Source: Yuukianura sp. NJ FZ-2021 (Eukaryota). From it: a stretch of 64,000 nucleotides of DNA. The notes beneath the pieces were generated by a model. It did not search any database. It was not told where the DNA came from and worked only from the letters and a program-made list of their open reading frames with translations. Location of the stretch: positions 9,176,001 to 9,240,000 of the forward strand of contig CM102284.1 in NCBI GenBank assembly GCA_046563655.1. The letters run 5' to 3'. Shown piece after piece: positions 25,601 through 39,475 of this stretch. Numbering within the stretch: the stretch's first letter is position 1; every line of letters starts with the position of its first letter. A program made the translations under genes and the position numbers.

Positions 25601-28600
25601 CATTTGGAGTCACCGTGGGATGGCCATAACGTTGCGGCTGCTGTCCAGCAGTACTTTTGGATCCAGCAGCATTAGAAACCGAATGATTTTGGTAAACTGT
25701 TGACGGTGTTTGTGAAACTTGCTGCGTCGGTTGACCTTCATGACCTTTCTGATTACTGCCAACATTTCTTGACGCAGAACTGGCAGTACTTTGATTACTC
25801 CCTGCTGGACTACTGGCAGTCTGTGACGACGGATGTGCTGGAGCAGTATGTGCTGGGGAAGCATGTGCTGTCTGTCCATAGTGTCCAGCATAATATGGAT
25901 GTGTATTTTGTCCAGGACCAGGACCAGGTTGCTGGATATGATAGGATCCATATGGATTTGGAGCATGGTAGGGAGTATGTGTCGGAGTTTGTTGTTGTGA
26001 ATGATGATGGTAAGCTCCCAGTCCAAAAGTGGGTTGAGGTGGATTGTACGGTGGGATCACAGAAGATCGTGACTGTGGTGGCTGTTGCGACTGCGCCGCC
26101 GCGGTGGGAGTCGTTGGCGTACTGGTCGCCGTGCTGCTGTTGGTCACAGATCCACTTTGATTTTGATTTGGATTGCCGGGAACATTTGAACTGGAACTTA
26201 TAGGTGATTGGAAGTTATGAGATCCTGGAGTTTGTTGATGCTGTTGTGGATTTGGTAGACGGTAGGGACTATGTTGAGACTGGAGGTAGTGATGACTATA
26301 GATTTTAGCGGGGTCATGACCTCCCGGAATGTTGAGTTGAACTGGCGCCGGCGAATGATATCCCACTCCAAACAAATGATGACTCTGTGACGACGCGTAT
26401 CCCGGAGTACTGGCCATCTGAGACTGCGCAGATACCTCCGCAGTACTTTGATGCTGAAGTCCTGAATTTTGTGTATGGTGAGTCGGAAGAGGCGGAGCGA
26501 GTCTTGCAGCGTCTTTGCCGGTCGTCGAATTGGCCACAGCAGCGATTACACTACTGACGCTGTTTCCAGCTCCAGCAGCGTTTGGCGTCGACGCTCCAGA
26601 CGACGACAGCGACCTCGTGCCACTTCCAGCCGTGGAGTTCACTACACAATTACTAGACTGTGGTGGTCCTGCACTGCTTCCTTCCGGCAGGTTATTATTC
26701 GTGGACGAGTCAGCTGATTGGCGCACAGTTTTGACTGACAAGTCCAATGGAGATTCCCTTCTCACTCCAACTCCTGGCCCACCGTTGTTTGGACTGATAT
26801 TGGTCTGTGCACTTCCACTACTTGTCCTTGGAGCAGTGGGAGATGCAGAGAGTGTGTTTCCTAGTGGGATGTTGAGAACACTGCTGGCTGGACTGGCTGG
26901 TGGGATGGTGGCAGTGGAGCCTCCACGGAGATTCAAATGGTGCTCACGACTGCCAGGACTTGGACCTCCACTAGGACTGTTTTTTGGTGACGAGGAGGAT
27001 GCGGGTATCCGTAAGGTTGGTGAAACTGTATTGTACATTTGACTTAAAGTAGCTCCCAGACCTTCCTCGAATTTCATTCGGTAGGGATTACTCTGAAAAA
27101 CAAAACAAAAATCACTCAATTACGATTCTTCTTCATTTAAAAAAAAAAGTCAACTGCGATTCTTCATTTTTGAAAGAAAAAGCAGACAATTACGATTCTT
27201 CTTCATTTTTGAAAGAAAAAGCAGACAATTACGATTATGCTTCATTTTTGGAAAAAAGAAAAAGTATCAATAAGAATGAATTAAGATTCTTAATTTTGAA
27301 AAAAAAATCAGCAGCAAATTAAGACTCTTCGTTTTTGCAAAGAAAAAAAAATCAGTAAATCGTGATTCTTCTTCATTTTTGGTAAAAGTAAATTCTTCAA
27401 CAGTAAATTCTGACTCTTTTGAAAAAAAAAATCAGCAGTTTATGATACTTTGTTTTCATCTTTTCACAAAAACTAAAATGTTTCGTTACAAAAATCTTTT
27501 ACAAAACTTAACTACTGCTTAATTGCTTTTAAAAATCGGTTTTCAATTAAAATTTCTAGCAAATTCCAAAAAACATGAAAACCAGAAGCATCATTAAGGG
27601 AGTCATTTAGTGATTTTCGTCCACACGCAGCCCTCTTTTTCGCATCTCTCGTCAATTTCTTGAGGAAGAAACTACAGTTTGTGACCTAAATTACCCCACA
27701 AAAACAGAAAACACAAAGGAAAAGGCAACTCCATGACCTTATTACCCCTCAACGTCTCTCTTTCTCAACAATACTCTCAAAATCCCATCCAATCATCCAC
27801 CGTAACCATAAACTTAACATAATAAGAATAATAACTTATTCAATTTACCATATCTAAATCATAACTTCCCAAAATCCAAACCAGGTCAGAGGTCACTAAT
27901 CTCGCGAAACACTTCCCTTTTCATAATTTCCCCAAATCCAAAATTCCAAAATTTCCACTTCCCTACCCGAACAAAACTCTCAAAATCCACGTCACTTCCA
28001 AAATTCCACGTCATTTCCAAAATTAAAAATCCTCAACTTCCAAAAATCCACCGCTTTCGAACATACTAAAACAACCGTCCGTCGTCAACTTTTCACATCA
28101 AAATCTCCGCTGTTCTTCTTACTGTTTCTTGAAACAAAGCAAAGATGAAATTATCCGCCTGGAGGGCACCAGGCACAGAAAAAAAATCAAAAAAGTAGAA
28201 AACATTAGGAAAGAAGGAAGATTCGAAGTCGCGTCCACTGTAGTTAGCAGCTCCAACTTGAAACCACTCTGTTTGAACTTTCTGAGCCACTTTTTGTCTG
28301 TTGCAGCCCAAAGTGAAGACTGGAGAAGGTTGAAGCTGGGAGTTGGAAAAGATGATGATGTTGACAAAAGTTGGCTGTGGTGCAGGAGCATGGTGCATGG
28401 AGGGGATTCAGTCCTAAGATGAAGGGAGGGAGAGAGATGAAGTCGGTCGGTTGAGCCAAGATCTCACTCCGAGTCGAGTCGAAATAACAAATAAAAAGAC
28501 TATAGGCGGAGGGAGATAACATTTTGAACAGCCAGAGCACAGCCGCTGCTTATTTCCAGTCCAGTCCAAACATCCCACCACTTTTTAGCAGAATCTAACC

Positions 28601-30956
28601 AGAAATAGGAGCGTCCTCACCAAGTAACTACCAACTTCTGGACAAAATACTCCATTTTCCCACACAACTTCAGTCTTAACAAGATCCTTAACAAAACTCA
28701 ACTTTCAAAAAAGAAAACAACAGTTAGCATAAAACATCAACAACTAACATTTTTGAAGAAAAAAAGAAGTAACGATTCCTAAAAAAAGTTGCGGGCAGAT
28801 GGACGGACGGACAGACAAAGTCGAATCAATAGTCCTCTTCAGTCCCCAAATTACTAAAACTAACAATCTGTCGAAAAACCAACAATTTCTCGAAATTTCA
28901 AAAATTTCGAAAAACAAAAGAAGGCAACTTTTCAGAATTTGCGAAACTAAGTTTTATGTAAGTTCTTCCACTTATTAGTAATAAGTTATTACATACTACG
29001 TTCCAGCTAACTCAAAAACCACTGAATATGCAATTCCAAGAATCGCACACTTAATCGGATTCTGAGAGAAAAAATTCACAAAAACTCGACAAAAACAACA
29101 AATTCTGCACAATAATTTGGAAAATAGCAAAAACTTGACTTTAACGCTTCAACTGCACTTCAAGTGTAAAAAGTAAAAGTAAAATTGGGAAAATAAAAAT
29201 CCCAAGTTTACAACCGATATTGCACCTCCCTAACATAACTTTTGCAAAGTCGTCATTCAGTTTACAGCCTAATCACAAACAACACACAGCAGGTTCACCC
29301 TAACCTACATACAAAATCTAACCTCAATTGAATTCCAATTCCTCAGATACAATTCACAATTGCGACTCAAAACCCCTCTCACTTTTAATAAAACCCATCA
29401 CTTCTAAACAAAAAAAAACTTCAAACAATACTTTTTCGAAATTAATTTCTCAAAATAAACTTTTTTAATAATAAAGTTAGCCCACATTTCTTCTCACTCA
29501 CTGCGTCACTAACAGCTCCACCCCTTTTCATAATTAACCAACCATCCATTAAGAAAACAACGTCCATAATTTAACCCAATTCAAAAAACTTCAAAAATTA
29601 CGAACCCAAAAAGCTAGGAAAAAAGTTTTGAAATTTTGAAAATTTCAAAACATTCTAACTTCTAACGTATAAATCTATCTTTGTCATAAAAATGAATCAT
29701 CATTCCATTAAATAACCCTTTTTAATAAAATTCCTTAATTGCTAAAAAGTGGTCACAGGATCAAACCCTAAACGAAAAAAAAAATCCGAAAAAAGCAAAA
29801 GTGCAAAAACGACATTATTTTTTTTTTTTGGTGAAAAGGAAAAATGATATAGTAATAAAAATTGAGGTCAAAGGTGAACTACCTCCCAAAGAAATCATAC
29901 GCCACAAAACTTACACACTAATTAATTCATTTACTAAATTACGTCGAGACAAACAAAAACAAGACTAAATCATTAAAAAGTGTCTAAAAATCTTGAGGTT
30001 TTTAAAATCACAAGAATTTAGCTCAAAACCAAAAATCGACCAATAGAAAATGAACAGACAAGTTAGAAACTTCTACCATACAACTGTCAAATTCGTCTCT
30101 TCTCTTTTCCATTTCTCATCCAAAAAAAAATGTTTTATACAAAAACACGTTTGAACGTCATTTCAAAAAAAAGCTTAGAACAAACACACACATTTTCAGA
30201 ATCTAAAAAGTTAAAAAAAATCCTACTGTGTCGAAAAATAACAAATCAAAATCAGCCCAATTCAACAGAAGAAAATCACCACCGAAAATTTTAGACCACC
30301 AAAAATCCATTTTTCATTTTTTCAAAAATCAATTTTTGTCACTTTTTAACCTCCCAGAAAAAACGTCTCTCTTAAGTTACCACACACTGAACTTTCAAAT
30401 GCCTCTTTCGAAAAAAGAAAATTATTGTAAATTCTTTTCTCCTTCTTCCGTTTTCTTGCCATTACTCAACAAATTTCGTCGTAACCAGAAAACAGCAGTT
30501 TGCCAAAATTCAGAGTTCTCTCAAAGTTCAAGGTCAACCTCGCAAAAAAAATTGCCCAACTCCACAAGCGTGTCAAAACTGATTCCTTTTCCCTTTCACT
30601 TTAGTGCGACCTCAATTCAAGAGCACAGTTTTTAGCAAACTACACAACGTCAACCGCAATTTATCCGCTCTTGACACCTCTATTCCCTAGCTATAAACTG
30701 AAATTTCCTCTGTATACCTACAGCACACCAGGAATATATTAAAATATATTAATTTACATATTTAAATCATATAATATATAATATATAATTCAATTAATTG
30801 TACCTGTGGAGAGTTCTGAGGCAGAGACATTGGTGACTGATGGGCATTTGACGTCGTTCCTCCTGTTGAATTCAGTTGTACAGGAATAGCCGAACTGGGC
30901 AATGGCAAACCCTGAAAAAATGGACGCGTCCCTTCCAGAATATTTTTGTAGTCCAT
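16700..30956 (-). CDS. BCOR: BCL6 corepressor (BCOR/BCORL1)-like ankyrin-repeat protein
   Basis: Exons 30956-30804, 27092-23105, 19448-18547, 18296-18013, 17886-17532, 16951-16700 join in phase. PLDLS CtBP-binding motif in the large low-complexity exon. Three ankyrin repeats (GETILHRAARLG, GYSPLHETCMKG, GIRPLHEACENG...GADPLLATYAGQTP) typical of BCOR, then a C-terminal domain in the PUFD position. Confidence 0.82.
17121..17500. repeat. Degenerate ~55-60 bp tandem repeat in the last BCOR intron
   Basis: About 7 diverged copies of TTTCGAACTTTT...ATGAACTACCGAAATACTTG. Confidence 0.7.
27118..27450. repeat. Degenerate ~40 bp tandem repeat beside the large BCOR exon acceptor
   Basis: Repeated AATTACGATTCTTCTTCATTTTTGAAAGAAAAAGCAGAC-like units. 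Confidence 0.6.
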
Positions 30957-33211
30957 TTTCTAAAAAACAAAAAAACACACACACGAAATGAAAAATCCGA
31001 AAATTTTAACAAATTTTAAACCAACAACTTTCTAAAAACTACACCTAGAAAGCACAACTTTGCAAAAACCTCAACTTTGCCCGTTTTTGCTGTAGTCAAG
31101 ATCAGCACAATTTTGTTTTTTAAACCGGAAGCAAAAACATCAAAAGCAATGCAAAAACAGCAAAAACCAAGCAAAATTTGTTGTGCTGGAGCCTTTAAAA
31201 AGCAGAATCTTCATCTTCTCACACTTTTTGTGCGAGAATTCGTAACATTTAAAGGAACCAACGAGGTCAACGAACCGACAAACACAAATATATATTACTC
31301 ACGCTCTCCATCCTCCAAACGTGAAACTAAGCCATTAAAATGTGCAACTCACAAAAAAACGTCAGCCTTCCTTCCTTTTAGGCACTGCACAACTAAACTT
31401 AAGGCATGTGCAGAGCCCAGCAAAAAGTTCCCATTCAAATGCAGATTCAAAATGGAAAACTCAAACTGTCTGCACAGTTTCTCCACTTTTCCAAAACGCA
31501 AAAACCGCAATGAATGATCTGCGTCTCCTCCAAATTCAATTCAACCTCAACTCTCTCAGTTGTTGTTTCAACAGACTTCTGTCAACACTCCCAAAAATCA
31601 ATGTCCTTCAGACACTTCAAGACCAACCTAATCACACCTTACATAATTACATAACTTACATTAATACATCATTTTTACATGAAATGTAACAAAACACTCG
31701 ACTCATCATCAACATCATCTTGCTCATGTTGTAAAACACTATCACTTTTCAACAACTTGTTCTCTCGTAGGAAATAGCCCGCATTTCCGTATCCGTGTCA
31801 TAAAATTCATTTTTGGCAATAACATGCATTTTTCAACCATAAAAAAAACTAACAACATTAATTTTTTTTTCCATTTTTGTCATAATTGTAAAATTAAATG
31901 CAACTAAAAAGCATGAAAGGCTAAAGATCAAAGTTATTCGAACCACGCAGCTTACCTAAGTTAAAAATTCATACAGAAAATCTAAAAAGCAACGAAACAC
32001 AAAATGGAAATGGTTTTTAGCATTTTGAAAATAATTTCAAAGACTCCATTTACTTCCGACTGAGCAGCAGCACAGCCCCCGCAGGGCAACCAGACACAGT
32101 CACTCCAAAACAGTTATTCTAAATCTAAACATTTCAATTTCAAAATTTCAAAATTGCGCAACACACTTCAAAAACGAACATTTCACAAAAACTCCACTTA
32201 CAACGCAAACACGATACCAATAATTTCGAGGACACAGATTCACTTATGACTAAAAAAAACACAAAACACAAAAATTTCAAAATCTTTTTTGCTACATTTT
32301 AGATTCTAAAAAAAAATGTAAATTGACGCCGACTTTACAGCCCTTGTCAGAGGTCAAGGAACAACAAAGCCTAGATTTCTTTAGTAAAGCAAAGCTTAAG
32401 GTTAAAGGGGGCCCTTAAGGACCTCGTCTTTTCATAGCCTTTGAAGAAAGTCTGAAAACTTCTTCCACAAGACACGTCTTTCGACAAACCAGACCCCGGA
32501 AAATTCCTAGGAAAAAGGCACCAAACTACCAAAACGAAGAGCAGAAGAACAAAATGAAGGTTTTCGCTTTTCGGAAAGTTGGTTGCTGCGTTTCCATGTT
32601 GGAAAACCTTAGACTTCTGCCTTCTCCTTCCATTACGACGGAAACGATAATCAATAAATAACACCCCAAACTCCCTTTACTTTTCTCAAACTGTTCAGGT
32701 TTCAGACTTACAATAAAACTCCCTTCTCTCTACTTCCCCTAATCTTACCATTTCAAACTCTCCCGCCTCAATCCCATCTTACTCCCTCTTTTACCAAATT
32801 AAAAATTAACATTCTCATTCTTCACACAAAAATTAACATTTCAAAAAACTAAACTCAGAGCATCAAAAACCGAATACTCCCGTTCAAAAAGTTTACCGTG
32901 AAAGCACGCTAACTTTCCAAAAACCCATATCCGTCAACACACAACCTCCGAAAAAAATTTCAACCGACTTTGAATTTTAGCATGAGATCACAAAAATATT
33001 TAAAAAAACCAGGGTTCGAAGGCTGTAACTTACGTCCTGTAACTTACGTAACTTACGTACGTAAGTTACGTAATTTTCAGAGGGGTTGTAATTTTCGAAA
33101 TTTTCATTCTTTTGAATTTTACGCGGGAGGGAGACAGCGTAGGAGTAAGGGGAGCGGGAGAAGTTAAAAATAACAAAAGAGCAGTGATTTAGATGATTAT
33201 TTTTTCGGTTT

Positions 33212-33745
33212 TTTCTCGAGCAGACTGCTCGAGAAATACCAGGATATTCTTCGAGCAGTCTGCTCGAGAAATACCAGGTACCAGGATATTCTTCGAGCAG
33301 TCTGCTCGAGAAATACCAGGATAATTCTCGAGCAGTCTGCTCGAAAAATACCAGGTACCAGGATATTCTTCGAGCAGTCTGCTCGAGAAATACCAGGATA
33401 ATTCTCGAGCAGTCTGCTCGAAAAATACCAGGATAATTCTCGAGCAGTCTGCTCGAGAAATACCAGGATATTCTTCGAGCAGTCTGCTCGAGAAATACCA
33501 GGATATTCTTCGAGCAGTCTGCTCGAGAAATACCAGGATAATTCTCGAGCAGTCTGCTCGAGAAATACCAGGATAATTCTCGAGCAGTCTGCTCGAGAAA
33601 TACCAGGATATTCTTCGAGCATCCAGTCTGCTCGGGAAATACCAGGATAATTCTCGAGCAGTGTGCTCGAGAAATACCAGGATAATTCTCGAGCAGTCTG
33701 CTCGAGAAATACCAGGATATTCTTCGAGCAGTCTGCTCGAGAAAT
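33212..33745. repeat. Tandem array of 35-bp units, each carrying a 19-bp palindrome
   Basis: About 15 copies of CTCGAGCAG-T-CTGCTCGAG-AAATACCAGGATAATT (variant ...ATATTCTT). Two units have an extra TACCAGG. Confidence 0.95.
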
Positions 33746-33803
33746 AGGTTAGGTTAGGTTAGGTGAGGTTAGGTTAGGATTGGTTAGGTTAGGTTAGGTT
33801 AGG
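33745..33803 (+). repeat. Interstitial arthropod telomere-type (TTAGG)n tract
   Basis: About 12 TTAGG units, two of them variant (TGAGG, ATTGG), directly abutting the palindrome array. Confidence 0.9.
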
Positions 33804-36356
33804 AAATTTGAAAAAAATCGGTGGTAGTACACGATAGTAAAATTATAACTAAAAACTAAAAACAGAAAATCAAAACTGAATACGTCCGTTCAAAAAGCTT
33901 ACGAAGAATTAGGCTAACTTTCCAATAATCCATGCGTTTACATACCAAGCTTGGAAAAAAACTACAACCGACTTTAACTTTTAACATGAAATCGCAAAAA
34001 CATTTAAAAAAAAAAACTAAAAACAAGGAAAAACTGAATACGTTCAACTCTAACACCTTTCCAAATTAAAAACCATAAAAAAAAAGCTCCGGGCTAAAAA
34101 AAAAAACGTGGCTAAAACTTTCCAAAAAATCCATTCACAACCTCCGAAAATTTTTTCAACCAACTTTGAATTTTGGCACAAAATAAGAAAATTTAACCCA
34201 GAAACACATCAATTCTCAAATTAACTTTTAACATTCCCAAAAGTTTCAAGGGCCCAAATTTCACCCAACCTTTTCAAAACTGCATCTCAAAATACCCCGT
34301 CCAGGTAAAATTTTTACCCGACTTTGAATTTTGGCAAAAACTAAAAAAATAAAATAAAATTCGTTCATTTCATTTCTATCATTCATCACAGTTCGCGACA
34401 ATAAAAAAAAGTTAAAAATCAAAAAAAAAAAAAAATCACCCGAAAAATTCACAAATTGCCAAATTAATTGTCAACTTCAAATTAAATCCTAAACTTCTAA
34501 GGGCTTCGTAAATCTTCTGAGGGCACAGAGGAGCCCTTAGAGGCAAACCAAGGGACCCCGTCACTAGGGGAGACACGACACGCTTAATCTCAATGTCAGA
34601 CAAGTGACATTGTGCCCAATTTTTCAAAAAACGAAAAGCAAGGGTCCCCCTCCCTCAATCCAAGTTCTGGTCCACAGTTGGATTCGTTTTTGAGGAACCT
34701 GCTACGTCCCTTGGACAAAACCCAACAATTCACCCAAGGGCTCCGCAATCTCACAAAAACTGAAACTCTGAAAATGCTGAGGGGCACTCTGGAACACTTT
34801 TCCTGCTCAAAGTGGATCTCGTCATTTTTCCATCTTCTGACGATCGTGGTGGATCTCGGTGGGGTTCCTCCCTGGGCTCAACTACATTTTACACAAACCA
34901 CTTTCAGCATTTCCCTTCTACATTTCTAGTACAAAAGATCCACGCCTGTGCATTCGAGACTTCATACCGCAACAATCCTAACGAAAAGCACCAACTCACA
35001 AACTAAAACTCACAAACACCAGCAGCCAGTCTCACAATTCCTTTCTTCATATCTTCAATTCAACGCAAAAATTCATAAATTGTGCCCTTCTCAAGTCATC
35101 TTCTCCCTCACGAAGTAATTAATCCACTTTCAGTTTCACATTAACAAAAAACTTCACCTTTCGCTTTCTCTCATCAGCATCACGAACTAAACTAAAATGC
35201 TATAAATAAATCAATTACAACTAAATTAATTATGTTTTTACAAAGAACAATAGACAATGAATCTCACTGTCTCCAAAAAGTATTGCACAAAAAAACACAA
35301 AGGAAAAAATAAAAAACCGACACACTTTCCGAGACATCTTTTTATAAACGAAACAAAAACAACAACAAAACATTCAAAAAAATATCAGAAAGTCACGGAT
35401 TTTTGTCAAATTTTTTGAAAGAATTTTTTTCATAGTTTTCAATTTTTACGACAATTCAAGCCATTTCCAGCGGATTTCCGTAATAAAAACTATTAAAAAA
35501 AAATATTTTCATTTCGCGTTATGAAACGTGAAGTGAGGCAGAATTTAAAAAAAAAACTTTTAAACTAGATTCAAAATTTTGCGGATCCGGAGAAGATACT
35601 ACTTTTTCTTTTGACATTTATTTTCTTTTCACTTTTTGCGACGTTACAAGTCATTTCCAATCGTCTTCCGCAAAAATCAATCAATCTTTGCCAAAACCAA
35701 GGGGGCGAAACCCAGCCCAAACTTGGCAGACAGTCGCAGAAGCGTTTAGCGAAAACCAAAATTACGAAAAATCATTTCCAAAAATTGAAGAATAATAATT
35801 TCATTTACAACGCAACAGGCAGGACAAATCGAAGAGACTGCTGGATTAGGAAACGTCACTTAACGAAATGCACAAAACAGAAAATCCTTTGAGCTTCTAC
35901 TTAAGCTCAGAGCCTGTTGGAAGTAATTTTGCACATCAAGTGCTATTTTAATCATTGCAAATTCTCAACGTCATCTTCCTCCAAGGTTCCTGTCTCACTC
36001 CTTCTACAGATTGCAAACCTCCAAACTCAGTTTAAACCTTGTATCTCCTCATCCATTATTACGTCAACTCAATGCCTTTTCCTTTAAGCCACAAAACACT
36101 CATCACACAACCACGCCTCTCTCTTTTTAACTCCAAATCCTCCAAACTATCTTCCATCTGCACAAAAAATTGCAAAATTCACAAATTCCCCTAAAAAATT
36201 CATACTTCTTTGCAAATCCTTTGTTTTTCATTCATTCTAGTACTGCAACTGCCAAGTACTTCCATACTTTTCCAATTCGTCATCAACCCTAATGCCCTGG
36301 ACACACACAAACACTATCATAATTTAACATAACCACTACTTAATACCCGATACCTG

Positions 36357-36425
36357 AACCTGATAGCTCGATGGTTAGAGCTCTTCCCGGATTGAAGAGA
36401 TGTGAGTTCGAGTCCCACGCAATTC
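36357..36425 (+). pseudogene. tRNA-derived fragment (tRNA pseudogene or SINE head)
   Basis: A-box/D-arm TAGCTCGATGGTTAGAGC, stem TCTTC-CCGGATT-GAAGA, and B-box/T-arm GTGAG-TTCGAGT-CCCAC. The acceptor stem does not pair and U33 is absent. Confidence 0.55.
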
Positions 36426-39400
36426 TATATTTTTTATACAATATCACTCGTTGTCTCTCAAGCAATGTCACAATGTTAGCCCTAAAGCCTCACAACTTCA
36501 CAACACTTTCTCTCTTATTTTGGAACTTTACGGTATCCCAGCTACAAAAGTGTTTTCCCCAGCCTGTAATTTAGTGAAAAATGGACACTAGGGTGACGGG
36601 GGGAGCCTTAATTCTAAAAACTGTTCAAAATTGGTCAAACAATGAAACTGAAAATGAAAAGAGCAGAGCATAAAGTTCTCATGAGGATTCCCCGCACAAA
36701 GCCCGACATCTGCCATTTCCATTTGTGCAAATCCTCAACCCTGCACAACTTCAACGTCCATGCACTAAAAAACTATGACTTACTTCATATGCCAACTCCA
36801 TTCAACTGCAAAAAAACGAAATATTCCAACTCTTTTCCCGCACTGCACAAAGATCAAAAACCAAACACCGCCATACTTTAAACTTCCTTCATCCTTCAAA
36901 ACCTAACATTTTCATCAATAAAATCTAAGTTTTTCTCCAGGCGTTCACTTTTTACCCGAATTTTAAACCAGTTTCGAAAAGTTAACTTTAGTAAAAAAAA
37001 AAATATTGATTCACCATGTTCCGGTAAACCAAAAATTGGTAAATGTGCCTACAACACGCAAAACGACTCCGAATTCATGCAGCCTCTGACCGCTACGGTG
37101 GTGATAACTAAAGATAACACTGACTTAACTGCATCAAAGAATTTAAAAGTCTTAAAATAGTCCCAAAAAGAAAATAAATGGAACCGAAACTATTCAATCT
37201 TTGTATTTTTTTTCCAAATTGGCTCATCATCCCCAAATTTCTCACTTCCGAAAAACTGCAGACAAATACAAGCCAAAACTTCAAAAATTTCAAAATTACC
37301 AAAACCTAATCATAAAAACAAAAAAAAATCGAATCGAAAATGCTTGAATCAGAAATGGAGCTAGTGAGTGTATGACGATGAGTCAAAACTAAAATGTCAG
37401 GAAGGAACTAGCACGTGACTCATATTTATATCCTACACAATTTTACTTTTCAAAACACAAACCAACACACGCACTTTGCCCAATTTAACTCAAAAATCCC
37501 CCCAAAATACAAAAATCGGCTCATTTCGAAACACTAGGTACTATCCCAAAAAATCTAGTTTTTTCAGAACCATTTCTGAAAAAGCAAAATTCTAAAACTA
37601 TTTTAATCGATTGTCACCATTGTTTCAATCCTTTTTTCATTTCCATTTTCTCATTCCTTCTCGTTCAGACTTCTATTTTCAAAATCGAAACTTTCAAGGT
37701 ACGAAACATTAATTAAAGTGCATTGATTCGAATTTGAAAAGTGTATAGTCATAAACTCCACCACCAAACAGCATCTCTCTCAATCTAAAGAGGCTTCCCG
37801 TCAATGTCACTCACCTGCCTTTGTCTTCCAATGCCCAAGGCCATTCATTATCCAATCTCTAACATCCCTACACTTAACATTACCACCATCCCAGCCTAAA
37901 AAATACTCAGAACTACTTCTACATAACTCCTCTCCTCAAAAAGTATCTCTTCAAAAAATAAGCATCTCACTACACCATTTCCTTTGAAATTTGGAATCTA
38001 CGACTCAAAAACATAAAAACAAGTCTCTTCCAAATAAAAGTGCTAGACTGACTAATTAATTAATAAGCAATCAATGCTCTCTAACCCACAAATCACCTCT
38101 TCACTCTATCAAATCCACCAACTTCAAAGCAATTCCAACTTCTGCCTTTTGCTAAACCACTCTCCAAAGTACTACAAAGGAAGAGCCAAAACTTGCCAAA
38201 AACTTTTATGCACAAGAGCACAACTTTTGCACAACGGGACTAGGAAAAGGAAAATTAGGTCACAAGGCTTCACACAACCTGCAAAAACAGCCTTCCCAAT
38301 ATGCATACCAATCCAAAATTCACAACCACTCTCCCCGTCAAGCACTGGAACATTTTCAAATCCAAAATTCCAAAAAAACATTCAAAAGTTCGAAGAGAAA
38401 AAACAACAAAAATTTAGTTGAATTTGATTTTTTTCTAAAACTAAACCGAATAATTCTGTGAAAAATGGAAAATAAGGATTTAGAATTCCAAAACTCTCGA
38501 AAAAACAATTTTCCGAAAACAAAAATGCTGAAATTTTTACTCACATATTTTCCAAATTTTTTCTTTGTGGTTCCGCTGCTTAAGTACTAACCATTTTGCT
38601 AAATTTCGACAAAAGTTGGCATCTAAATTCGCATTCGCAGTAACTACACGCAAAAAAGTTTGGACTCAAGATAAAAACTAGCCCATTACCTACTTTGTTT
38701 CGCCCATAAAAATCATGCCAAAAAACAAAATTTCGTTTTTTTTCCAACATAAGGCATCTCCTACGGCGTTTCTTTTGGAAATGTAATTTAAGCAGGTAGG
38801 TAGAAAAGTACAAGAAGGAAGAAGAAGAAGATCAGAAGAGGAATGAGGCCAGTCCTTATTATTCCAAGGAAGTTTCAACCAAAAAGAGGCAACGCCGATC
38901 GAAACAGCACGATTACCGTAATTTCCCAAATACTAGGCCCCACATTTTCCAAAAATTTGTCCCTCAACCTTCAAATCTGCACTAAAAAACAACAATTCTT
39001 TCCGTAAATTAACATCAAGGGTCAAAAGTTCAAATTGTCTAGCACAGCGAATTTTGAACAGAACAAAATTGGACCTTCTTCCTCCAGAATCTTACAAAAA
39101 ATACCGAAAAAAGCGGAGTAAGAGCAAGAAAATGAAAGGAAATTGGACAATAGTTGTGGAAAGAGAAAGGAGAAAGAAGCTAAACCCATTTCTAAAAATT
39201 CAGTTCACGGAGCGAGAAATGGGATCTCCCTTCCCAAAAATTCATCTTTCACGTCACCCTCTCTGCTCGCAGTTTCCCCAGTCGCCCTCTCCTTTCTCCT
39301 ATTCATTCAATTAATCAAGGCGGAGACTCTGCTCCTGCTCCCATTTTACCAACAACTTTAAAAAAAAAAGACTTAAAAAAAACTTTTTTTAAACAAAGTG

Positions 39401-39475
39401 GGGACAGAAGCACTGCTCAGCAGCTTTCTCCATCCCTGTTTTAGCACAAAATCAAAATCGAGCAACTTCTACTAC

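Noticed and set aside
23296-27042. Long plus-strand ORFs antisense to the large BCOR exon (likewise 18623-19129 and 60057-60875)
   Set aside because: Antisense shadows of low-complexity coding sequence, with no independent domain or splice support.
33212-33745. Palindromic 35-bp array as a CRISPR array, and ORF 33197-33622 as a gene
   Set aside because: The sequences between palindromes are identical rather than unique spacers, there are no cas genes, and the context is eukaryotic. The ORF simply translates the repeat.
33745-33803. TTAGG tract as a true chromosome end or a TRAS/SART insertion site
   Set aside because: It is short, degenerate and internal to a gene region, with no adjacent retrotransposon ORF or poly(A).
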